Assembly: GCA_963706445.1 (NCBI GenBank)
Contig: OY970160.1
Span: forward strand, 1,408,001 to 1,472,000
Reading direction: 5' to 3'
DNA length: 64,000 bases
From: an uncultured Nitrososphaerales archaeon
Lineage (GTDB): Archaea > Thermoproteota > Nitrososphaeria > Nitrososphaerales > Gagatemarchaeaceae
Numbering within the stretch: the stretch's first letter is position 1; every line of letters begins with the position of its first letter. Below the pieces are notes generated by a model, which worked only from the letters and a program-made list of their open reading frames with translations, did no database searches and had not been told where the DNA came from. Below are positions 19,071-27,288 of this stretch, one piece after another. Made by a program: the position numbers and the translations under genes.

Positions 19071-19568
19071 TTGGGCACCGGCGGAATCTTTCTGAGGAAG
19101 CTAAGGGCCAAGGTATCTGACGAGCCGACGGGGTTCGTATGGGTGGAGAAGGCAAAGCTCGCGGGGACAGGGTACCCCTCATCAAGGGGACAGGTGGAAT
19201 GGCTCGTCGCCCAAGGCATAGCTTCGATACTGACACTCACTCCAGACCCACTGCCGCGCGAATATACCGAAGGCCTCCGTCTGGATTTGGGGCACGTCCC
19301 AATGCTTGACCACGCCGCTCCCCCTGTCGCTGCACTTGACAAAGCCGTGGAGTTCATCAGGGAGCAGCTGGAGGATGGGAAGCCAGTTGCGGTCCACTGC
19401 CTGGCAGGAGAAGGCAGGACCGGATGCGTGTTGGCTGCTTACCTGATTTCAGAGAGGCACATCGGGGCTGACGAGGCTCTGCGCACGCTGAGGGAGGTCA
19501 AACCTCAATTCGTCGAACGGGCCCAAGAAAAGGCAGTATACGACTACGCCGCGGCTAGAAAGTTATAG
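19071..19568 (+). CDS. dual-specificity protein phosphatase
   Basis: HVPMLDHAAP and the CX5R loop VHCLAGEGRTG. Confidence 0.92.
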   Translation: MGTGGIFLRKLRAKVSDEPTGFVWVEKAKLAGTGYPSSRGQVEWLVAQGIASILTLTPDPLPREYTEGLRLDLGHVPMLDHAAPPVAALDKAVEFIREQLEDGKPVAVHCLAGEGRTGCVLAAYLISERHIGADEALRTLREVKPQFVERAQEKAVYDYAAARKL

Positions 19569-20087
19569 CGGCTGTCGGCTCGAAGACGTCCTAGCCTTGA
19601 CCACCAGATAGGAACCAAGCACCAGGGCGGTGAATACTGCGACGGCTAGGGCCCCAAGTGGGAACTCGGGGACCGCAGTAGCCGTGGTCGAGGATGTAGA
19701 AGTTGATGGAGCTCCGAGAACTATCACCGTCCCTTTGATGTAGGTGTGAATCGAGCAATGGTAGGCGTAGGTCCCGGCGGTCGTGAAAGTGAATGTGAAA
19801 GTCTTTCCCGGCGGGAGTGTACCGCCGAATGTCCCGTTATTGGAGGTGACAGTGTGGGTCACGGCATCATTGTTCGTCCAAGTCACAGTGTTGTTGACGC
19901 CAATAACCACGGTGAAGCTTGCGGGGTTGTAGGCGTAGTTCTTGATGGTCACATTTGTGGTGCTTTGCGCCGTCGCAACAGGGGTCGCGAAGACGGCAAA
20001 GACCCCCGCCGACACAAGGAGCGCGAGTAATGCCAATGTGCGGCCCCTCGCGGAATGCGTCTTGACAGTTCCTCGTGTGTTTGGCAA
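19563..20087 (-). CDS. surface cupredoxin (plastocyanin-like) with PEF-CTERM sorting signal
   Basis: Signal peptide, VTWTNND..HTVT, YHCSIH, Ser/Thr linker, then VPEFP + TM + basic tail. Start TTG 20087 was chosen from the TATA position. Confidence 0.88.
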   Translation of the reverse strand: MPNTRGTVKTHSARGRTLALLALLVSAGVFAVFATPVATAQSTTNVTIKNYAYNPASFTVVIGVNNTVTWTNNDAVTHTVTSNNGTFGGTLPPGKTFTFTFTTAGTYAYHCSIHTYIKGTVIVLGAPSTSTSSTTATAVPEFPLGALAVAVFTALVLGSYLVVKARTSSSRQPL

Positions 20088-20120
20088 CGTAACTTCTTGA
20101 CGCTGTTTTCCTCTTTGCAG

Positions 20121-20150
20121 ATATGAAGGTTCTTCCAAATCTCCTCCATA
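20121..20150 (-). promoter_or_regulatory. TATA-like box preceded by 12-bp motif ATTTGGAAGAAC (copy 1)
   Basis: GTTCTTCCAAAT at 20129-20140 is identical to 20502-20513. Both lie directly upstream of A/T boxes on the minus strand. Confidence 0.5.
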
Positions 20151-20178
20151 TTCGGACAGGAAGGAAAGCTCAGGGGGT

Positions 20179-20463
20179 TCAGAGCGTGACCCGGAGGAGG
20201 ATCAGAAGGCCCGCGAACTCGAGGATGGATAATGCGGCGAAGTAGGTGGAAAGCGTCGAGTTGTAGGAGTAGTCGGTGAGGAAGCCGCACACGTACACCA
20301 TGCCTGAATTCTGCGCCAGCAGGAGACCTGAGAAGCCCAACAGCCCGTAGGAAAATCCTGCGTGAGTCTTGCTGGCCACCCTTCCATAGAGGTAGATCAG
20401 CCCGACCAGGAGGACTACGTTCAGGACTGACATTCCCGTTGCGATCGTGGCGTATGTGTCCAT
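20179..20463 (-). CDS. small three-TM membrane protein, divergent partner of a wHTH regulator
   Basis: MDTYATIA..NVVLL..Y..GL..F..LL.QN..E..GL. A hydrophobic family I recall beside ArsR-like genes in archaea. Confidence 0.7.
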   Translation of the reverse strand: MDTYATIATGMSVLNVVLLVGLIYLYGRVASKTHAGFSYGLLGFSGLLLAQNSGMVYVCGFLTDYSYNSTLSTYFAALSILEFAGLLILLRVTL

Positions 20464-20493
20464 GCGGATATGAGCCGAATCTTGCCCCAGGAC

Positions 20494-20513
20494 TAATAAC
20501 AGTTCTTCCAAAT
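20494..20513 (-). promoter_or_regulatory. TATA-like box preceded by 12-bp motif ATTTGGAAGAAC (copy 2)
   Basis: Minus strand reads ATTTGGAAGAAC-TG-TTATTA, about 30 nt upstream of ATG 20463. Confidence 0.5.
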
Positions 20514-20564
20514 GTTGAGAGGCCGACCAAGCCCTAAATAGAATCGGAACCTCAGCGTGGGCAG

Positions 20565-20891
20565 ATGCAAGAGGATCCCGAGCTTCGCAGGACCCTCTGG
20601 TTCCTCCTCGGCGGGAAGCGGGGAGGAGAGAACAGGGCCAGGATCATCTGGAGCCTGCGGAAGAAGCCCAGCAACATCAACCAGCTGGCGACCGAGCTGA
20701 ACCTGCAGTACAAGGCGGTCCAGCACCACATGAAGATCCTCGTAGGGAGCTCGCTCTTGGCGCCAGCCGGGGAGGGGTATGGCGCTGTCTATCTACTTAC
20801 TCAATGGTTCGAATTTCATTTCGAGTCTTTCGAGCTGATATGCGGCAAGCTTGGATTCGGGGACGGTCCCAAGCCAACCGGGACGTCTTAG
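20565..20891 (+). CDS. ArsR-like winged-HTH transcriptional regulator
   Basis: LWFLLGGKRGGENRARII, NINQLA..L..YKAVQHH..L, YGAVY. Confidence 0.88.
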   Translation: MQEDPELRRTLWFLLGGKRGGENRARIIWSLRKKPSNINQLATELNLQYKAVQHHMKILVGSSLLAPAGEGYGAVYLLTQWFEFHFESFELICGKLGFGDGPKPTGTS

Positions 20892-20906
20892 AATATGGGT
20901 TGGCGC

Positions 20907-21779
20907 CTAATTCGGGTGTTTGGCTAAGAAGGTCAGGACCCTCTTCATGAAGGATTCCCTTTCTTCCCAGAATGCTAGATGAGAACTGTTCGGGAAGATG
21001 GTAAGCTCTGAGCCCTTGATGTGCTTGTGGAGGTCCCTGGCGACAACGGGGGAGACCTCGTCGTACCTGCCCCCGAGCACAAGCGTGGGCACACGTAGGT
21101 TCTTCAATTTGGGTGTCACGTTCCAGTAGCGTGTGTTGCCGATTATCGTGAATTCGTTTGGACCGTTCATGGTCCCGTAAACGGGCTTGCTCAGGTGCTC
21201 CAAGGAGTAGGTAAGTTCGGACGGCCATGGCGACAGTCTGCATAGGTGTTTGTTGTAGAAGACCATGACCGCTTTGACGTATTCGGGGTTCTCGTAATCC
21301 CCGTCCGACTCGTATCTTGCCATCGTCTTCTGCGTTTCAGCGGGGAGACCGCGTTTCATTCTTTGCATCTCCTGAATGGTCAGCGGGACGCTGTGGAGTC
21401 CGCCCACAGTCGTCATCGTCGCCATGTTCCTTTGATACTTGAGGGCGTAGGCGATGGAAAGCATCCCTCCCCAGCTCGAGCCGATGAAGTGGGCCCTTCC
21501 GAGCTTCATCTTCCGCCGGAATGCTTCGACTTCCTCGACGTAGCGCTCGGGGACGAAAAGGGTGACGTCCTTGGGGACTCGCGAGCGGCCGCACCCCAGC
21601 TGATCGTAGAAGGTGACCCGATACCCATGCTTGGAGAGATCGGACATTGACAGGAGGTAGTCGTGGGTGGCGCCGGGACCTCCGTGGAGGCAGAGTATCT
21701 CCCCTTTTTCGGGCTCGCCGAACTGCTTGTAGAAGAGGTCGAAGCCCAGGACGCTAACAAAGCCTTCAGTGGGCTTCAC
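20907..21779 (-). CDS. pip: proline iminopeptidase (tricorn-interacting factor F1-like)
   Basis: LHGGPG, YDQLGCGRS, GSSWGG nucleophile elbow, MNGPNEF, GRYDEV, SSH. Start estimated at GTG 21779. Confidence 0.92.
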   Translation of the reverse strand: MKPTEGFVSVLGFDLFYKQFGEPEKGEILCLHGGPGATHDYLLSMSDLSKHGYRVTFYDQLGCGRSRVPKDVTLFVPERYVEEVEAFRRKMKLGRAHFIGSSWGGMLSIAYALKYQRNMATMTTVGGLHSVPLTIQEMQRMKRGLPAETQKTMARYESDGDYENPEYVKAVMVFYNKHLCRLSPWPSELTYSLEHLSKPVYGTMNGPNEFTIIGNTRYWNVTPKLKNLRVPTLVLGGRYDEVSPVVARDLHKHIKGSELTIFPNSSHLAFWEERESFMKRVLTFLAKHPN

Positions 21780-21822
21780 AGACAGCCGGTTGGTGGTCCG
21801 AGGGAGATAAGATTTGATTCGA

Positions 21823-22116
21823 TCATTGCCCGAAGGTCGATGAATCAACCAGATTCAGCTCTGGCTTGCAGACTTTGCATCGCCTGGCTTGGAACTCGCG
21901 GGCGGCCGTCGCTATGTTGTCGACCCAGAAGTAGCTCCCCTCCTTGCGACCATCGATGGTCACCTTGAGGTTGAAGCTGTCGACTTTGATGCATGTCGCG
22001 TTGACCTTGTGGATGATGGCGGGGCGGACCGAGTCGGTGATCACGAAGTATCCTTCGTCCGCAAGTCGGAGGTTGCGCAACTCGTCGAAGGTCTCGATTT
22101 CCTTTGCTTCTGCCAT
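21823..22116 (-). CDS. hypothetical protein with H-x5-C and CxxC (possible Zn binder)
   Basis: IIHKVNATC ... ARRCKVCKP; ATG start within a co-oriented gene run. Confidence 0.65.
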   Translation of the reverse strand: MAEAKEIETFDELRNLRLADEGYFVITDSVRPAIIHKVNATCIKVDSFNLKVTIDGRKEGSYFWVDNIATAAREFQARRCKVCKPELNLVDSSTFGQ

Positions 22117-22136
22117 GTGGTGTTCCGCAGTGGTTA

Positions 22137-22499
22137 CTACTTCTTGCCCTTGCCGTATTCGACCATGCCCTGGAAGTCGATAACGGTCACCGGCTCAACT
22201 CCGACCACCCAGGCGTCATGACCAGGTGGGAGCATGGAGACTTCCCCGGGCCCAACGTCGAACTCCGCTCCATCGTCCATTTTGACGTGGAGGACTCCTG
22301 TCACGTGGTACTGAAAATGCGGGGCCTCGCAGCTCTTTGTCTTGGCCATGGGCTTGAGGTGCTTGGACCACTTCCATCCCGGCTCGAACACTGCCCTGCC
22401 CACAGCCGCTCCTCCAAACTTGACTAGCTGCAACTTACCCTTCTCAAACTTCCTTGTCTCGTCGGGCGCTCCGAACTTCTTGACCTTTGCCTTGGCCAT
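22137..22499 (-). CDS. cupin-domain protein
   Basis: FEPGWKWS, CEAPHFQY, PPGHDAWVVG. Confidence 0.88.
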   Translation of the reverse strand: MAKAKVKKFGAPDETRKFEKGKLQLVKFGGAAVGRAVFEPGWKWSKHLKPMAKTKSCEAPHFQYHVTGVLHVKMDDGAEFDVGPGEVSMLPPGHDAWVVGVEPVTVIDFQGMVEYGKGKK

Positions 22500-22576
22500 G
22501 CACCTGACGAACACTATTTGTTAGATAAAGGCTTCAGTGGGAGTCATCCACGTTCCAATTCGCTCAGCAGCAGGCA

Positions 22577-22661
22577 TGCGGGGGGAGGGATTCGAACCCT
22601 CGAACCCCTAAGGGATGGGAGCCTCAGTCCCACGCCGTTGACCATGCTGGGCGACCCCCGC
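22577..22661 (-). tRNA. tRNA-Leu(GAG)
   Basis: Reverse complement GCGGGGG...TGGGA-CTGAGGC-TCCCA, long variable arm, GGTTCGAATCC, CCCCCGC-A. Confidence 0.96.
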
Positions 22662-22748
22662 GCGCAAACTCACGCCCTTTGAGACAATTCTAAAACCCTT
22701 TCCGCGAGCACAAGGATTTAACGCCCAGTGGGGTCGGGTCGAGACCAA

Positions 22749-22840
22749 GCCGGCGTAGCTCAGCCTGGTAGAGCACACCCAAGTTGGGGCTCAGACGCCT
22801 CGTAAGCGTGGGGTCCCGCGATCAAAGCGCGGCGCCGGCT
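22749..22840 (+). tRNA. tRNA-Thr(CGT) with 18-nt intron (22777-22794) at position 27/28
   Basis: Acceptor stem GCCGGCG/CGCCGGC. Removing ACCCAAGTTGGGGCTCAG restores the stem-loop CACGC-CTCGTAA-GCGTG. BHB-like fold GAGC/GCTC with ACA and AGA bulges. Confidence 0.9.
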
Positions 22841-22845
22841 CGCTT

Positions 22846-23337
22846 TTACTTTGACGACCTGGTGCTGGTTTCTCGGAGCCTGCTCATCTCGGTCAGCTCG
22901 AAGGGGAAGACGACCCACTTGTCAACCACTTCTAGGTAGTATTCGGGCTCGAACTTGCTCCATGGTTTCTTGAACAGGACGGCCGTCTCAAGAAGTTTCG
23001 GGTTCTGTCCATTGAGGTACTTCTTCACAGTCTCCATCGTGTCACCCTGGTCGACAAGATCATCGACCACTAGGATGTTCTTTCCCGCTACACCCTCGCT
23101 GAGAGTCGAGAGGATTTTGGGACTGTTTCTCTGGCCTATCCCTTCATATGATTTCACGTTGATGAAATCGATTGTAACCCCCAGGTGGTCAGAGACCACC
23201 ATGGCAACGGGCATCCCTCCTCTGGCGATCCCGATGACGATATCAAATTTCACTCCTCTGGAACGTACCTTCTCCGCCAAGGCCTGGGCGAGGTTGCCGT
23301 ACTCGGGCCAGCTGATGTACCTGAACTCGGTCAACAA
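22846..23337 (-). CDS. type I purine phosphoribosyltransferase (hypoxanthine/guanine/xanthine type)
   Basis: IGIARGG, VVDDLVDQGDT, KPWS..PEYY, WVVFPFE. Confidence 0.9.
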   Translation of the reverse strand: MLTEFRYISWPEYGNLAQALAEKVRSRGVKFDIVIGIARGGMPVAMVVSDHLGVTIDFINVKSYEGIGQRNSPKILSTLSEGVAGKNILVVDDLVDQGDTMETVKKYLNGQNPKLLETAVLFKKPWSKFEPEYYLEVVDKWVVFPFELTEMSRLRETSTRSSK

Positions 23338-23523
23338 TCAACCGAGCGGGGTCTTTGTAGATAACCATTCGAATGGGGATTCGCACGAGGTTGCAAAGTC
23401 GGAATGATTCAAGAAGAAATCACGAACACTTAAATCACGATTTTCTCTCGTTGGTTTTGACGTTCAAGGTCTTCTGTTTGTCAATGAGACACACCCGGAG
23501 CTCGCACGAGTAGGCGCGGAGGA

Positions 23524-24477
23524 TTGTCTGGAGAACTCGTCGTCGTAGCCCTCGGAGGGAACGCCCTTCTTCAGCGTTCGCAGAAGGGTACATTCGATGA
23601 TCAGTATGCCAACGTCAAAAGGACGGCGGAGAAGATCGCCGACCTGGTCCAGGGCGGGTATGAGATCGTGCTCACCCATGGCAACGGCCCTCAGGTCGGG
23701 GCGACGCTCCTGAGGCACGAAGCCGGCAAAGGGCTCGTCCCCCCGCTCCCTCTCGACGCATGCGGTGCCGAAACCCAGGGCTTCATCGGCTACATGATCC
23801 AGCAAGCGCTCAGGAACGTGCTGAAGTCTCGTGGAGTGGACAAGTACGTGGTCACAGTCGTGACGAGGGTCATTGTCGACAAGCATGATCCCGCGTTCGA
23901 GCATCCGACGAAGCCCGTCGGGCCCTTCTACACGAAAGAGGAAGCCGTCCGTCTGAGCCAGAGCATGCCAAACATGACGATCAAGGAAGACGCAGGACGC
24001 GGATACAGAAGGGTTGTACCTTCCCCCGACCCGAAGGTGATAGCCGAGAGGTCTGCCATTCGGACTCTCGTGGACGCGGGCTTCGTGGTAGTGTCGACGG
24101 GGGGCGGAGGGATTCCGATAGTCGAGGAAGATTCGCAAGCAAGGGGGGTAGAAGCGGTGATCGACAAGGACCTTGCCGGCCAGCGCCTCGCCACCTTGAT
24201 CCACGCGAACATCTTCGTGATACTCACGGACGTCGACGGGGCTTACTTGGGTTTCGGAACCCCAAGGCAGGAGCTCATCAAAGAGGTGACGACCGGGAAG
24301 CTGCAAAGATACTTAGACGAAGGACAATTCAAGGAAGGGAGCATGGCACCCAAGGTGCTCGCCGCGATACGTTTCGTCGAAAGCGGCGGAGAAAGGGCGA
24401 TAATAGCAGAGCTTGGAAAGTTGCCTGAAGCGTTGGCGGGCAAGTCAGGTACGCAGGTGGTAGGTCCAGGGGCTTGA
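23524..24477 (+). CDS. arcC: carbamate kinase
   Basis: VALGGNAL, THGNGPQVG, PTKPVGPFY, RRVVPSPDP, GGGGIP, VIDKD, GSMAPKV. Confidence 0.97.
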   Translation: MSGELVVVALGGNALLQRSQKGTFDDQYANVKRTAEKIADLVQGGYEIVLTHGNGPQVGATLLRHEAGKGLVPPLPLDACGAETQGFIGYMIQQALRNVLKSRGVDKYVVTVVTRVIVDKHDPAFEHPTKPVGPFYTKEEAVRLSQSMPNMTIKEDAGRGYRRVVPSPDPKVIAERSAIRTLVDAGFVVVSTGGGGIPIVEEDSQARGVEAVIDKDLAGQRLATLIHANIFVILTDVDGAYLGFGTPRQELIKEVTTGKLQRYLDEGQFKEGSMAPKVLAAIRFVESGGERAIIAELGKLPEALAGKSGTQVVGPGA

Positions 24478-24486
24478 CCTTTCGCC

Positions 24487-25863
24487 TTGGCCGACCCTAG
24501 CTCCGTTCTGATCGAAGACGCCATAATAGTCACCATGGACCCTCGACGGAGGGTCATCGAAGGGGGGCATGTCCTCGTCGAAGGGGGAAGGATATCCGCA
24601 ATCGCTGGGCCGGGTTCGAAGGCGAGACTCAAGGCAGAGCAGACGATCTCGGCGAAAGGGATGGCCGTGATACCGGGACTGATTGACACTCACATCCATC
24701 TGGCCCAGAGCCTCCTGAGAGGGTGCGCAGACGACCTCTCTCTGGTCGACTGGCTGAAGAAAAGGGTCTGGCCCATCCAGGGGTGCTTCACCACGAGCGA
24801 CGGAAGGGTTAGCGCCGAACTCTCGATGCTGGAGATGGTCAAGAGCGGGACCACTTCGTTCGTCGGGGTCGATGTCGTGTCAAGGTATGGGTTCGACGGG
24901 ATAGCGGACGCGGTGGTCGGGGCTGGGATGAGAGGGGCGCTGGCCAAGACGATCATGGACAGCCCAGGATACGGGAGGAAAGGGAGCATGATGCCCGCGG
25001 GGCTCGTGGAAGAGAAAGACGAATGCATCAGAGAAGCGAAATCAATGATCAGGAAGTGGAACAGAATCAAAGGGGGCCGGGTAAGGACCTGGGTAGCCCC
25101 GAGATCCCTTGGCGGGTGCAGCAGGGAGCTCTATGAGGAGGTAGCCGAGCTCGCAAATGAACAGGATACGAGGGTGACGATGCACCTGGCAGAGGTGAGC
25201 GAGGACGTCAAATACGCGAAGGAGAACTTCGGGCTGACTCCTTTCGGGTTCATCGAGAAGGTGAGTCTGGCGGGCCCCCGCTCGCTCTTCGCCCACATGG
25301 TCTGGCTCAGCGACGGCGACGTTGGGAAGGTGGGAAAGACGAAGTCCAACGTGGCGCACTGCCCTTCGTCCAATCTCAAGCTTGCGTCAGGCATTCCAAA
25401 GGTGCCCGAACTGTTGCGGGCGGGGGCGAACCTCGGGCTCGGGTGCGACGGCGCCCCGTGCAACAACTCCCACGACATGATAAGGGAGATGAAACTCGCG
25501 GCAGTGATACAGAAGGGGAGGCTACTCGACCCGCTCACGATGCCCGCCGCGACGGTACTGGAGATGGCGACCCTTGGGGGAGCCCGGGCCATGGGGATGG
25601 AATCGGATGTGGGGTCCATCGAAGTCGGGAAGAGGGCGGACCTGGTGCTCATCGACCTGAAGAAACCCCATCTTGTCCCATACAGAGACATCGTGTCGAA
25701 CTTGGTCTACTCCGCCATGGGGAGCGACGTCGACAGCGTGATGGTGGACGGCAAGCTCCTTCTCCGGCGAGGGAGGGCCCTGACCCTCGACGAAGAGAAG
25801 ATCATGGGTGAGGCGCAGAAGCGGCAGGACGAGCTTATCTCAAGGTCAGGCGTCGGTGCCTAG
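24487..25863 (+). CDS. amidohydrolase, MtaD/DadD-like nucleoside or nucleobase deaminase
   Basis: PGLIDTHIH, MHLAE, AHCPSSNLKLASG, GCDGAPCNN. Confidence 0.88.
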   Translation: MADPSSVLIEDAIIVTMDPRRRVIEGGHVLVEGGRISAIAGPGSKARLKAEQTISAKGMAVIPGLIDTHIHLAQSLLRGCADDLSLVDWLKKRVWPIQGCFTTSDGRVSAELSMLEMVKSGTTSFVGVDVVSRYGFDGIADAVVGAGMRGALAKTIMDSPGYGRKGSMMPAGLVEEKDECIREAKSMIRKWNRIKGGRVRTWVAPRSLGGCSRELYEEVAELANEQDTRVTMHLAEVSEDVKYAKENFGLTPFGFIEKVSLAGPRSLFAHMVWLSDGDVGKVGKTKSNVAHCPSSNLKLASGIPKVPELLRAGANLGLGCDGAPCNNSHDMIREMKLAAVIQKGRLLDPLTMPAATVLEMATLGGARAMGMESDVGSIEVGKRADLVLIDLKKPHLVPYRDIVSNLVYSAMGSDVDSVMVDGKLLLRRGRALTLDEEKIMGEAQKRQDELISRSGVGA

Positions 25864-25875
25864 GAAGTCCGGGCA

Positions 25876-27249
25876 GTGGATCTCCTGGTTACGAACGCTA
25901 GAGTAGTCACCGGCTCCCAGGTCGTCGAGGCAAACATAGGGGTAGAAGACGGGAAAATCGCCTCGGTTTCCCCCAGCCTCCAAGCCACGGGGGCCAGGGT
26001 CATCGATGCGGAGGGGATGATAGTCGTCCCCGGGGGGATAGATGCCCACACCCACATGGAGCTCCCTGTCACTAACACCTCGTCGGCGGACGACTTCTAC
26101 TCGGGGACCGTAGCCGGGGCCTGCGGCGGAATAACGACGATAGTAGATTACGTCGACCCCCAGGCAGGTCAGACGATGCTCGAAGCAGTAGCCGATTACA
26201 GACTGAGGGCGGACAGCAAGGTGGCGGTCGACTACGGCCTGCATATGATGTTCAAGGGGCAGCAACTTCCCGAAATCGACAGGATCCCCGACCTGGTCGA
26301 GGAGGGGATCCCGAGCTTCAAGGTCTACACGGCGTACAGGAAGCGGGGGTTGATGCTGGAAGATCAAGACATCTCAAGGGTGATGAAGAGTGTGGCGTCG
26401 ACCGGGGGGCTGGTAGCCGTGCACGCCGAGAGCGAGGGGATGATCGAGCGCCTGACCAAGGAGAACCTGGCTGTTGGAAACGTGGGGACGAGGTACCATG
26501 CGCTGAGCAGGCCTCCGGCTGCCGAGGCAGAAGCGATATCCAGGGTCACCCGGCTGGCGGACGAAGCCGGGGCGAGGATCTACATCGTCCACCTTTCTAG
26601 CAGGGCGGGGAAGGAGGAGGTCGAGGGGGCGAGGAGGCGCGGGACGAATGTGTTCGCCGAGACATGCCCTCACTACCTGGTCCTCACTGACGATGTCTAC
26701 GAAAGGGAGGACGGACGGAACTTCGTCATGTCACCGGCACTGAAGAAGCCAGAAGATCGCGCCGCCCTCTGGGAAGGGCTGAAGGCAGGTGGGGTCATCG
26801 AGACTGTCGGGAGCGACCACTGCCCGTTCCCGAGCTCGCAGAAGGACTGGGGGATGGACGATTTCACGAAGATACCTAACGGGGTTCCCGGGACGGAGGC
26901 TATCATCCCCATCCTGTACTCAGAAGGGGTGAGGAAAGGGCGAATCTCGATCTACGATATGGTCAGGGTGATATCGGAGGGGCCTGCGAGGCGCTTCGGG
27001 CTCACCCCGTCGAAGGGGTCCATCGCCGTCGGTTCGGATGCAGATTTCGTAGTCATCGACCCGAACAAGCGCGTGAGGATGACCGCGGAGGTGATGCACA
27101 GCAACATCGACTACAGCATCTACGCCGACGTCACGACCGAGGGGTACCCGGTCCTGACGGTGAGCAGGGGGGAGGTCGTGATGGAGGACGGCGAGTTCGT
27201 CGGGAAGAAGGGATGGGGCAGGTTCGTTCCTAGAAGGGCCGCGTCGTAG
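25876..27249 (+). CDS. hydA: dihydropyrimidinase/D-hydantoinase (HyuA-like)
   Basis: PGGIDAHTH, SFKVY (carbamylated Lys), VHAE, IVH, ETCPHYL, GSDHCPF, IPNGVPG. Confidence 0.93.
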   Translation: MDLLVTNARVVTGSQVVEANIGVEDGKIASVSPSLQATGARVIDAEGMIVVPGGIDAHTHMELPVTNTSSADDFYSGTVAGACGGITTIVDYVDPQAGQTMLEAVADYRLRADSKVAVDYGLHMMFKGQQLPEIDRIPDLVEEGIPSFKVYTAYRKRGLMLEDQDISRVMKSVASTGGLVAVHAESEGMIERLTKENLAVGNVGTRYHALSRPPAAEAEAISRVTRLADEAGARIYIVHLSSRAGKEEVEGARRRGTNVFAETCPHYLVLTDDVYEREDGRNFVMSPALKKPEDRAALWEGLKAGGVIETVGSDHCPFPSSQKDWGMDDFTKIPNGVPGTEAIIPILYSEGVRKGRISIYDMVRVISEGPARRFGLTPSKGSIAVGSDADFVVIDPNKRVRMTAEVMHSNIDYSIYADVTTEGYPVLTVSRGEVVMEDGEFVGKKGWGRFVPRRAAS

Positions 27250-27288
27250 CGCCCGCTCAGGTGGACTGGTCAGATGAGGAGCCGAACC

